Assembly (NCBI GenBank): GCA_963845755.1 | Contig: CAWJTV010000043.1 | Coordinates: 56,683 to 120,682 of the forward strand | Reading direction: 5' to 3' | DNA: 64,000 nucleotides | DNA from: an uncultured Planctomycetota bacterium | Lineage (GTDB): Bacteria; Planctomycetota; Planctomycetia; Isosphaerales; Isosphaeraceae | Part shown: piece by piece, positions 55,558 to 64,000 of the stretch | How positions within the stretch are numbered: the stretch's first letter is position 1 | How the letters are laid out: every line of letters starts with the position of its first letter | Position numbers and translations under genes: made by a program | The notes under the pieces: model-generated | What the model saw: the letters and a program-made list of their open reading frames with translations, nothing else | Told to the model about the DNA's origin: nothing | Database searches by the model: none

Positions 55558-57710
55558 CCGCCTTGCTCGGCCGCATGGTTTGCTTCCCTTGGGCGCGTCC
55601 TCGTCGGCTTGCGACGGATCGTGCTGAGGTTGATCTTCTGCTGGATCGTGATGTCCCCATCGACGTCGCGGATCTGAAGGCTGATGCGCGGGTCCGGTCG
55701 GTCCCAATCGATCGCGATCACGCCGAAATTGTCACCCCAGTTCATCGTGGCGACCCGACGACTATTCACCTCGAAGGGTCGCCACGACCTTGCGGCCTGG
55801 TTGAGTCCGCTCGACGTGAGGTCGAACATGGGGTATCCGACTCCGGCGTCCATCATCGACAGCTCGGCGAGGTGCCGGTCGCCGCTCAGCAGGATCACAC
55901 CCTCGGCCCCGCTGTCGCGTATCAGCTTGAAAAGCCGCTCCCGCTCGTGCGGGAAATTCATCCATTTCTCCCAGCCGTGGTCTTCCGCCACAACCTGGAT
56001 GCTCGAGACGAGGATGCGGATCTCGGCCGGGACGCGGAGTTGCTCCGCCAGCCAGCGCCACTGATCCTCGCCGAGGATTGTGGTCGTCGAGTCGGTATTG
56101 CCCTCGTAGGGCCCCTGTCGGATCGAGGTGGTGGCTTTCCTCTTGAGTGGACTGCTGCGAAAATACCGGGTATCAAGCATTACGACCTGGACCCGTTTCT
56201 CCGCCGGGCCGAAGACGTGGGCGTCGTAAACGCCGGGCCGATGTCTCCGGGGCGAGTCCGCGGGATCTCCGAAGAAGTCCAGGAAGATCTGCTGCGATTC
56301 CTTTTTCATAGGGTAGTCGCTGCCGGCGTCGTTGGCGCCGAGGTCGTGGTCATCCCATGTGGCGAGGATCGGACAAGCCTTGCGAATCGCCTGGAACCCG
56401 GGCATGGCGGCAAGATTCGCGTACTTGGCTCGCATCACATCCATGTTCTTGGTATCGGCATAGATGTTGTCGCCGAGCAAGAGCAATAATTGAGGTCCAG
56501 AGGCGAGGACCGCATCCCAGATCGGCTGGGGTTGTTCCTGGGTGGCACACGATCCGAATGCGATCCGGGCGAGCGGCACGGCGGGTACATTGGCAGCAGC
56601 GCTGGATCGGCGGATCACGTCGGCGATCGGTCGAGCGGCCTTCGGTGCGTCGGTGAGGAAGTTTTCGCCCAGGAGGGCCGCGATCGTCGCGGCCACCTGG
56701 CTCTGCGTGATCGGCGCAGTGTTGATCCGCTCGCCGAGGGCGGGCGTGTCGGGACCGAGGACGCCGATCCAGATCGCCTCCGAGCCCGGAGTCTTCTGTC
56801 CATGGTCGCGCCAGCCGTGGGGAGGGTCGCCGCGGCCGTGGTCGGTCGTCACGATCATCGTGGTGTTTCCGCGATAATGCGGATGCGATTGAAGCTCCTC
56901 CCAGAGACGCTGAAGGTTCGCGTCGGCGCTGTGGGCCGCTCGGAGATACTGATCGTACCGGCCGCCGTGTGCGTGCTCGTCGGTGTCGCCCAAGCCGATG
57001 TAGAGCACCCATGGCGTGTCGCGCCGGAGATGCTCCAGCGCGACCTGGAAGGTGAACGCGTCGTCCCGGCAGTTCTCCCAGGTCTGCGGGGACTGGGCCA
57101 TCAGCCGGTTCAGCATCACCTGGCTCTCGGACAGTGATGGACCATCGAAAGGCACCCAGCCCGCATTCATGAACAGGCTGCTCCGCTCGACATTGAAAAT
57201 GAACGGGTAGACATCCCACGATCCCACGGCGCTCACCTTCCCATGGTATCCGGGCTTACGGTTGAGCCACTCGAACACCGTCACATTGGGGTTGGGCCGC
57301 TTGTCGTTGCTGTCGATCCGCGGGTCCGGGGCTCCAGTGAGCATTTCGTTGTATCCGGGGTAGGAGAAATTCATGCCGTTGGAGACCCGCACCCGGCTCC
57401 CCTTGTCGGCGTTGCCGAAGAGCTGGCCCTGGCGGGCAACGACCGTCCAAAGGAAGGGCATGAGCGCCTCGCGCCTGGCCTCCGGAGTCTCTCGCCAGAA
57501 CGCACGGTGGAGGGCCTCGACGTCGGTGACGCCCCCATCGGGCTTGTTGAGCAGCGTTTTTTCGGCCCCGCGGAAGACGTCCTGCCAGCGCATGCCGTCG
57601 GTCGTCACCAGGATGACGCTGCGAGTCACGGGCCGCGGTTCCTCGCCGGTTGCGATCGTCGTACCCACAATGCCAATTGCCAGAACGAGGAATAATCGGC
57701 GGATCAACAT
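55551..57710 (-). CDS. Alkaline-phosphatase-superfamily domain fused to a PhoD domain
   Basis: N half [31 protein letters not shown] half [31 protein letters not shown]. Confidence 0.88.
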   Translation of the reverse strand: MLIRRLFLVLAIGIVGTTIATGEEPRPVTRSVILVTTDGMRWQDVFRGAEKTLLNKPDGGVTDVEALHRAFWRETPEARREALMPFLWTVVARQGQLFGNADKGSRVRVSNGMNFSYPGYNEMLTGAPDPRIDSNDKRPNPNVTVFEWLNRKPGYHGKVSAVGSWDVYPFIFNVERSSLFMNAGWVPFDGPSLSESQVMLNRLMAQSPQTWENCRDDAFTFQVALEHLRRDTPWVLYIGLGDTDEHAHGGRYDQYLRAAHSADANLQRLWEELQSHPHYRGNTTMIVTTDHGRGDPPHGWRDHGQKTPGSEAIWIGVLGPDTPALGERINTAPITQSQVAATIAALLGENFLTDAPKAARPIADVIRRSSAAANVPAVPLARIAFGSCATQEQPQPIWDAVLASGPQLLLLLGDNIYADTKNMDVMRAKYANLAAMPGFQAIRKACPILATWDDHDLGANDAGSDYPMKKESQQIFLDFFGDPADSPRRHRPGVYDAHVFGPAEKRVQVVMLDTRYFRSSPLKRKATTSIRQGPYEGNTDSTTTILGEDQWRWLAEQLRVPAEIRILVSSIQVVAEDHGWEKWMNFPHERERLFKLIRDSGAEGVILLSGDRHLAELSMMDAGVGYPMFDLTSSGLNQAARSWRPFEVNSRRVATMNWGDNFGVIAIDWDRPDPRISLQIRDVDGDITIQQKINLSTIRRKPTRTRPREANHAAEQGGQ

Positions 57711-58022
57711 CGTCAGGTATTCCACCAGCTCGCTCCATGATTCGTAGGGACCAACGCCTCGTCCTCCTGTGCCAATATAAGTTAACCGGCAGTGAGTTGA
57801 CGCCGAAAGGCCGATTCACCGTAAGCTTGCAAATCCCCTCGCAACGCGGTCACGACCGTTTCTCCGGAACGCGTCGCGCGGCGAGTTCGGTGCCGGAGTG
57901 CCAAACTGATCAAGACTTTGCGACCCACTTGACAGGACATCGCTCTCCATCGACGATATGGCAGATTGGAGAATCCATCGGACGGAACCGCCCACCGACT
58001 CTCCGTTAACGACTGGCTCGGC

Positions 58023-58494
58023 ATGCATCCCCAGATGACATACTCGCGACCGGTTTCACGCTGCCACCTGCTCGTAGTCGCGCTGGCACTGATGCCGGCA
58101 GGAGTTGTGACCGCGGCCGAGTCAGACGCGTCGCAGGTCTTCGACGCCGAGGCTCATGCGCAGGTCTGCAAGTGCGCCGTGCGCTGCCGGACCGTCTCCT
58201 GTTGCTGCGGCCGTTCGGCATCGTCACACAAGGCTCCGCTAACCCCTCCGAACTCCTCCCGTCGATCGACATTAGAGACGGCGCCTTGCCTCGGCGAGGC
58301 CCCTTGTGGGAGTCCCGCCATCCCGGATTCAACGCGGTCCCTACCAATGAACCGGCATGCCGCACTCAACCGGTCGCCCCTGTGCCGCCCCTTGAGCCTC
58401 GGTGATATCCTCCCTCCTCCGGATTCCTCGATTCGCCCCAGCAGGTGCCCCGTCGCGGCTGGACCGGCCTCCCAGGCCCTCACGAGTGGCCTGA
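58023..58494 (+). CDS. Cys-rich secreted small protein (DUF2946-like leader), probable +1 indel at ~58449
   Basis: Signal peptide, CKC..RC...SCCC and C....PCG; removing one C from CCCC gives C-terminal CPSRLDRPPRPSRVA*. Confidence 0.55.
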
Positions 58495-58668
58495 TCTCGG
58501 GCATCATCCATCGCCTCGGATCATGACTTGCCCGGACGAGACCGTCCTGGCATGAGCGCATATAATTTATTTCATATGATTATGTTGGTACGCGAGGACC
58601 GCGGCCTGCCGGCCCGCCGTTTTGAGGTCCGCCTTGTGCGCAGGCCTCGAACATCCGGAGCTTCATCC

Positions 58669-59640
58669 ATGCCGATTCGTCGTGCATTCACCTTGATTGA
58701 ATTGTTGGTGGTGATCGCGATCATTGCCGTATTGATCGCGCTACTCTTGCCGGCGGTGCAGGCCGCGCGCGAGGCGGCGCGCCGCGCGCAGTGTACGAAC
58801 AACCTCAGGCAGCTCGGCCTCGCCCTGCACAACTATCACGATGCCCTCAGTGTCTTCCCTCCCGGCTCCCTCTCGCTGGTGAATCCCGTGACCTACGACA
58901 ACAACGGTCCCGGCTGGGGCTGGGGCGCATTCTCGCTGTGTCAGATGGAGCAAACCCCGCTCTACAACAACATCAATTTTGTTCTGGGGATTGAGTTTCC
59001 GGCCAATCAAACCACACGGCTGACGGTGCTCGGCAGCTTCCTCTGCCCGACCGACGCCTGGCGGCTGGATACCTTCACCGTGGTCGACTCGACCACGACG
59101 GGCACGACGCCCGGCGCCTCGATCTGCGACGTTGCCTCGTCGAACTATGTGGGCTCGGTCGGCAGTGGTGACCCCTCAAGCCTCTATCCTTACATCATCG
59201 ACGAAGACAACGGCCCTCCCGGACGCGACAATGGGAATGGGATCTTCTTCCGCAATCACTCGATCACCATCGCCCAGGTTACAGACGGCACCAGCCAGAC
59301 CTTCCTTTGCGGCGAACGGAGCCAGAACCTCTCGCGCGCGACCTGGACCGGCGCCATCACGAATGCGGCCGTTCCCCTGATCGCACTCCAGGCCGAGGCC
59401 GGCCTGGACCCGGAGGGAGGCGGGGCGCTGGTGCTCTCGCACACCGGCGAGGGACACGGTCCCAATTCGCCCTCAGGCCTGGCCCACGGCGACCAGTACT
59501 GGGCCCTGCATCCCGGCGGTGCCAACTTCCTGTTCGCGGACGGCAGCGTCCGATTCATCAAGGAGCAAGTCGGATTCACCATCTTCCAGGCGCTCGCGAC
59601 TCGCGCTGGCGGTGAGGTCCTCTCTGCCGACCAGTTTTGA
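58669..59640 (+). CDS. DUF1559 prepilin-like protein
   Basis: [48 protein letters not shown]. Confidence 0.95.
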   Translation: MPIRRAFTLIELLVVIAIIAVLIALLLPAVQAAREAARRAQCTNNLRQLGLALHNYHDALSVFPPGSLSLVNPVTYDNNGPGWGWGAFSLCQMEQTPLYNNINFVLGIEFPANQTTRLTVLGSFLCPTDAWRLDTFTVVDSTTTGTTPGASICDVASSNYVGSVGSGDPSSLYPYIIDEDNGPPGRDNGNGIFFRNHSITIAQVTDGTSQTFLCGERSQNLSRATWTGAITNAAVPLIALQAEAGLDPEGGGALVLSHTGEGHGPNSPSGLAHGDQYWALHPGGANFLFADGSVRFIKEQVGFTIFQALATRAGGEVLSADQF

Positions 59641-59679
59641 CCAAAATTGCCGGAGAGAGGACGAAGGATGAAGGATGAG

Positions 59680-60201
59680 TCAAGCCGGTTCTGAATCCGT
59701 CTTCAACCTTCCGTGGCTCCGCTCGGCCAGGGACTCACTCTCCTCGTTTCGCCGGGCTTCGTCGGGGTTGATGCTTCCGCGCCAGCCCAGCCACCGGGTA
59801 GGGCGTCCCTCGCCGGCGGTGACCTCGGCGGGTTCGGCGAGGGTACGACGGAGATGGTCCTTCAGCGGTTCACCGTCGAGACGAACTTTGCGAGTGCAAT
59901 CACAGTCATTGCACGCCGGGTAGCCTTCGCAATGTTCAGGGCTTCTGGCGTCCGCCACCTCGATGTCGGTCAGGTATGCCTCCAGGTACGGGAGTTCCTC
60001 GTGAATCGCCACTCCGTAGTATTCCCGGCAGTAGCAGACCTCAACCCACCGAATCCTGCCCGTGGCGTCTACCCGACCCGACAGCAACATCTCACCGAGA
60101 TCGCCGTACGGAAAACCCTGGCCGAACGTGCCTCCTTCGAGTAGGCGCAATAAATCGGCCCGTCGATCGGGCCTCACTCTGGCAACCAGCAGGTAACGCA
60201 T
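59680..60201 (-). CDS. Hypothetical protein with Cys clusters
   Basis: WVEVCYC, HEE.PY, CEGYPACNDCDCT; GGGAGG RBS before MRYLLVARV. Confidence 0.65.
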   Translation of the reverse strand: MRYLLVARVRPDRRADLLRLLEGGTFGQGFPYGDLGEMLLSGRVDATGRIRWVEVCYCREYYGVAIHEELPYLEAYLTDIEVADARSPEHCEGYPACNDCDCTRKVRLDGEPLKDHLRRTLAEPAEVTAGEGRPTRWLGWRGSINPDEARRNEESESLAERSHGRLKTDSEPA

Positions 60202-60310
60202 GTCGCCCCTCCCGTCGAAAAGTTCGTCTTCTGGGTTATTATAGACGTCTCCATCTCCGGTTGCATCGATCAACGATCAAACGCGCGAAGGAACGGAGCG
60301 AAAGACATCA

Positions 60311-60536
60311 ATGGCGATCATCGAGAAGTCAATCCAGATCGCGGCCCGTGCCCATGAGGGCCAGTTGGACAAGCATGAGCAGCCCTACATCCTCCACCCG
60401 CTCCGGGTCATGAACGCTGTCTAGGGTGAAGTGGCCCGGATCGTGGCGATCCTGTAAGTACCTCCTGGCCTACAAATTCCTGACCGACATGCAGACCGAG
60501 GAGCAATACAGGTCGGCGATGGCGAGGAAAGACTGA
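60311..60536 (+). pseudogene. HD-domain (RelA/SpoT hydrolase-like) remnant
   Basis: MAIIEKSIQIAARAHEGQLDKHEQPYILHPLRVM then TAG (60422) and TAA before the expected HD; apparent internal deletion. Confidence 0.7.
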
Positions 60537-60835
60537 TCTCTCCGTCGACCGGGACCGAAGACGACGATAGGGAGCTGCGCGAGATCGTGCCGTGCGGCCG
60601 ATCGTTCGACGAGTACCGGTGCATGTTCAGCCCCTCGGGCTGCAGAAAACCGGCGCGTGCCGGTCGAGCATCCAGCCACGAGGCGTCCAGGCGAAATCGG
60701 CAGCCTCGACGGACCGAGCTGGGGCGTTGGAGCGGACGAACCTCCCTGGCCAGAATGGTGTCCAGAGCCCAGTTCGGTCAGGCGGGGACGACCTCCGTCT
60801 GCCCACGGGGCCGCCCGAGAACCCGGAGCCCGAGC

Positions 60836-61510
60836 GTGTACGTCCCCATTGCCTTCGTCGAGTCCGACACAACCAAACTCCACGAGTTCATCCGGAATTA
60901 TAGTTTCGGCGTCCTCGCCTCGCAGGGTGAAGGCGGCCTCATTGCCAGCCACTTACCCCTGCTGCTCGACGCCGACGCCGGACCGCACGGACGGATCCGC
61001 GGTCATATGGCCAGGGCAAACCCGCAATGGCGGGACGTGCAGGGTGAGGTCATGGCGATCTTTTCGGGGCCGCACGCCTACGTCTCGCCATCGTGGTACG
61101 AGGACGCGGGCACCGTCCCGACATGGAACTACGTCGCTGTCCATGCTTATGGCACCTTCCATGTGATTGAGGAGCGACACAGCCTGCTGGAGATCCTTCG
61201 TCGATCCGTCCTGACCTACGAGAGCCCGAGGCCCGAGCCCTGGGCCTTCGACGAGTCGGCACACCACGTCGAGACGATGCTCAAGGCGATCGTCGGCTTC
61301 CGCATCGAGATCACTCGGCTGGAGGGCAAGTGGAAGCTGTCGCAGAACCAGCCGGAGCAGCGGCGTCGGAAGGTGTGCCTGGCGCTCGGGGCTCAAACTG
61401 ACGAAGGGTCAAGGGCTGTGGCCGCACTCATGAGCGAGATCTTGCCAGGAGAGATCCCGCGGTCGACGGGCCCAGTCGATTCGTCAGGGTTGTCTACCGA
61501 GGCAAACTGA
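60836..61510 (+). CDS. paiB: PaiB-family FMN-binding negative transcriptional regulator
   Basis: ASHLPLLL, GHMARANPQW, GPHAYVSPSWY, VPTWNYVAVH, GKWKLSQN. Confidence 0.9.
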   Translation: MYVPIAFVESDTTKLHEFIRNYSFGVLASQGEGGLIASHLPLLLDADAGPHGRIRGHMARANPQWRDVQGEVMAIFSGPHAYVSPSWYEDAGTVPTWNYVAVHAYGTFHVIEERHSLLEILRRSVLTYESPRPEPWAFDESAHHVETMLKAIVGFRIEITRLEGKWKLSQNQPEQRRRKVCLALGAQTDEGSRAVAALMSEILPGEIPRSTGPVDSSGLSTEAN

Positions 61511-62081
61511 CCGACTGGTTCGACGAGAACTCTTGCATCGTCAAGTCCTGGGCAAAGAAAGGCGTCCCCAGTCGGTCCAGTGTGTCGCCGAGTTCGCTTC
61601 TTCGTCCGGGACCGACGAGTACACCCCTGGTCCCCGTAGTGGCTGAGTGGAAGTCTGGCCCGCAGGTGTGACGATTGGGTCGTCGATCCCGACTTGCTTG
61701 CCACGAGGAGGGGCCTGTTGGACCGGCTGCTCGACGACCTCCTGTGCACATCCCGGCCGCCCAAGTCCTCGACGCCGGTGTGATCCAGAATGTGGGACCT
61801 GCGGTGTGGAGGCAAATGCGGCGTAGGGGCCGGGATCTACGGCTGCGAACCAGGAGATCTGCTTGAGGTCGTCAGGGCAGCCACGATCAGGGGCGGCGAG
61901 CGCGAGGAGTTGTCGTCGTGATGGGAGCGGGCGAGGAGATGATCCTTGTGGCTGAGGCCCTCTGAGTGCCGAGGTCCGAATCCGGGCTCTTGACCTATGA
62001 TTTCCCGATGGAGCGCTTCTTCCCCTTTCGCAGACCCAGGCAGCGAACGTCGGACGTATCGAGTTGGGCGCGAGGTGGGAT

Positions 62082-62295
62082 CAGACCGTAGGTGAGAAAC
62101 TGCTCTTGCCCGTCCAGGATTTGCTGCCTCGTGAATACTAGGTTGCCCGACTCGTCCTCGATCCGTTCGGGAATCGACGCCGCGTCCTGGTAGATTCGGA
62201 TCGCCGAGAAGGTCAGGAGGGGAAGCCGATGACGAACGTCATGATCGACCCCTGCAACCAGAGTGGAGAGACCATCATGGGCGACGATCTGTCAT
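62082..62295 (-). pseudogene. N-terminal remnant resembling quinol-dependent nitric oxide reductase (qNor/NorB)
   Basis: With frameshifts reads MMVSPLWLQGSIMTFVIGF.LLTFSAIRIYQDAASIPERIEDESGNLVFTRQQILDGQEQFLTYGL, then similarity stops. Confidence 0.55.
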
Positions 62296-62379
62296 GATCG
62301 TTGGTCCTGTTCGAGAGGGCGAGAGGGACTCCGAGGGTCACCGATAATCCTGCGAACGCAGCGCGGCGTCCTGACGCGC

Positions 62380-63231
62380 TCAATGGAACAGGAACACGGG
62401 GACTGGGCTTTCTTCCAACATGGTCCGCGTGACGGAACCGACGAAGAACTCGCGCAACGTCGGCTGGCCATAGGCCCCCATCACCAGCAAGCCGGCCCCC
62501 AGGCGGCGAACCTGCTCCAAAATCACCTCGGCCGGCTGGGCAGTAGACTCCAGCGCGACGGGAACCGTCTCGATCTTGTGGTAATTGAGGAATTGCCGGG
62601 CGCGCTCGACATGACGGGCGGCCTCGACAGCGTTGGTGTCCACGCCGAGAATGTGGACTCGACCGGACTCACCGCGCCCCGTCGCCTGGAAGGCTGCCAA
62701 GGCGCGGGCCGCCTGGAGGCTACCGTCATAGGCGATGACGACCGGGTTCTCCGGGCCGGGCTTTCCGGATACCACGACCAGCGGGCGCGGGGTGTTCTTC
62801 AAGACCTTCTTGAGCGTCTCGTCTTGTTCATCGTCACGTGACGTGAAGCGGAAGTGAGAACCCCGGGCCAGCATGATCAGGTCAGAGGACTGCGCCTGCC
62901 GCTCGATCAGCTCGTGGGGCGAGCCGACCGCTTTCAACTCCGCATGTGTCACGCCCGCCTCGTCGCAACGACTGGCGAATTGCTCTAGGAGTTGACCGAC
63001 CTCCCGGTCGAGTTCCGCCAGTCTACCTTCGTAACCCTGATAATAAACCGGATCCACGCCCGGGGTCCCGCCCACCGACCGGGCCGGCTCGATGGCGCGA
63101 ACGCCGGGCTCATCGACGATCCCCAACCCCACGAGCGTGGCATCCGACCGCCGAGCCCAGTGAATCCCCGTTTCCACAAGCGGGGCACAGTGGCTGGAGC
63201 GATCCAGGCCGATCAAGATACTGCCAAGCAT
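62380..63231 (-). CDS. Tandem-domain universal stress protein
   Basis: SILIGLDRS, VVIAYDGS..AARAL, LLVMGAYG...LREFFVGSVT..ML..S.VPVFLFH. Confidence 0.9.
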   Translation of the reverse strand: MLGSILIGLDRSSHCAPLVETGIHWARRSDATLVGLGIVDEPGVRAIEPARSVGGTPGVDPVYYQGYEGRLAELDREVGQLLEQFASRCDEAGVTHAELKAVGSPHELIERQAQSSDLIMLARGSHFRFTSRDDEQDETLKKVLKNTPRPLVVVSGKPGPENPVVIAYDGSLQAARALAAFQATGRGESGRVHILGVDTNAVEAARHVERARQFLNYHKIETVPVALESTAQPAEVILEQVRRLGAGLLVMGAYGQPTLREFFVGSVTRTMLEESPVPVFLFH

Positions 63232-63281
63232 GAGTCTCTCCCCCTTCCTCCAAAACCATGGGCGATATGGGCACGTCCCAC

Positions 63282-63542
63282 TCACGCCGGATTCATACCT
63301 CGGGGCAGGCTGAACCGAACGCCATCCGGCCAAACACCTCTCTTGAGCCACCGCTCCACATCCGTGATGTCGAAGAGCCACGCCCCGTCTCGGACGGAAC
63401 GCGGCAAGGGCCAGGCACCGGTATGGACCCAGAGGCGAACCATCCGCGTGCTGACGCCGAGCCGATGGGCCACATCACGATCCGTTATCAGGATGGGCCG
63501 CGGTCGGCTCACCATGCATCGAGAGCCGTTGGTAATCATCAT
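63282..63542 (-). CDS. Small excisionase/AlpA-like HTH protein
   Basis: LIT.RDVA.RLGVS.R.VR.WV..G..P.P......W.F...DVE.WL. Confidence 0.65.
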   Translation of the reverse strand: MMITNGSRCMVSRPRPILITDRDVAHRLGVSTRMVRLWVHTGAWPLPRSVRDGAWLFDITDVERWLKRGVWPDGVRFSLPRGMNPA

Positions 63543-63650
63543 TTGACTCCGATCGTAGATGGAGGACCCATTGCTCATCCTCCTCCGAAATTGCTCCGGG
63601 CTGCGAGGACGTATCCCGCCATGATCGCGGAGCCCGGAGCGCCGGCCCGA

Positions 63651-63869
63651 TCACTCCCCGGCGTGTCCGCTCGCCACGGTGGCCGAGGCTCGTCCCGCTC
63701 GCCTCGCACCCCCGTCGGCCCGTTCGCAAAGCTCCTGGCGGAAGATCCCCACGGAGTCGGGGGCCTCGATGCCGAGCCGAACTTGGTTGCCCCGGATGCC
63801 TACCACCATGATGTGTATGTCGCCGTTGATGATGATCGTCTCATTCAGCTTGCGGCTTAGAACCAACAT
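63651..63869 (-). CDS. csrA: Carbon storage regulator CsrA/RsmA
   Basis: MLVLSRK.NE.I.I..DI.I.VV.I.GNQVRLGIEAP..V.I.RQEL; AAAGGAG RBS. Confidence 0.92.
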   Translation of the reverse strand: MLVLSRKLNETIIINGDIHIMVVGIRGNQVRLGIEAPDSVGIFRQELCERADGGARRAGRASATVASGHAGE

Positions 63870-64000
63870 TGTTGCTGACTCCTTTCGTTTGCCGTGTGTT
63901 CAGGGAGGAACATCCTCCCCACGAGGGATGCGGTGGCCCGACTCAGCTCGTCGAGTTGGCCGGACTCTCTCGGCTCGGTCGCGTCCTGCCGATCGCTCCA

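Noticed and set aside
63282..63542. Prophage/ICE excisionase marking an integrated element
   Set aside because: No integrase, att site or phage genes within the window

Overview
GC-rich bacterial DNA with a strongly Planctomycetota (Isosphaeraceae-like) gene repertoire. It holds eight DUF1559 prepilin-like genes (two decayed), two TPR+FG-GAP/ASPIC-UnbV proteins, a TPR-multiheme cytochrome, a TolC/CusB/CusA heavy-metal efflux locus, a second PadR-controlled RND locus, PilT, a hydroxy-acid catabolic cluster, PEP-CTERM proteins, an Fe-type ABC binding protein, a phosphatase-PhoD fusion, USP and csrA. About 25 single- or di-nucleotide indels split otherwise intact genes. Roughly half sit on GCGC, which suggests methylation-linked long-read errors rather than real pseudogenes. 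Best leads: (1) a cobalamin-riboswitch operon of DUF1559, a DUF4465 PEP-CTERM protein and a double-PEP-CTERM polyprotein, a candidate B12-capture system with no BtuB in the operon; (2) different DUF1559 cassettes sit behind different nutrient-type control elements (ROK operator, B12 riboswitch, Fur-like box, Cys-rich RxxRPP leader ORF), and one is next to pilT; (3) a secreted protein with an in-frame TGA in a C-Y-R-U motif, a candidate selenoprotein missed by the ORF track; (4) an IS4-type MITE with clear TIR/TSD splitting a gene, an orphan vapD inside the cus operon, and a local tandem duplication. All family assignments are by eye and from recalled motifs; no searches were run.
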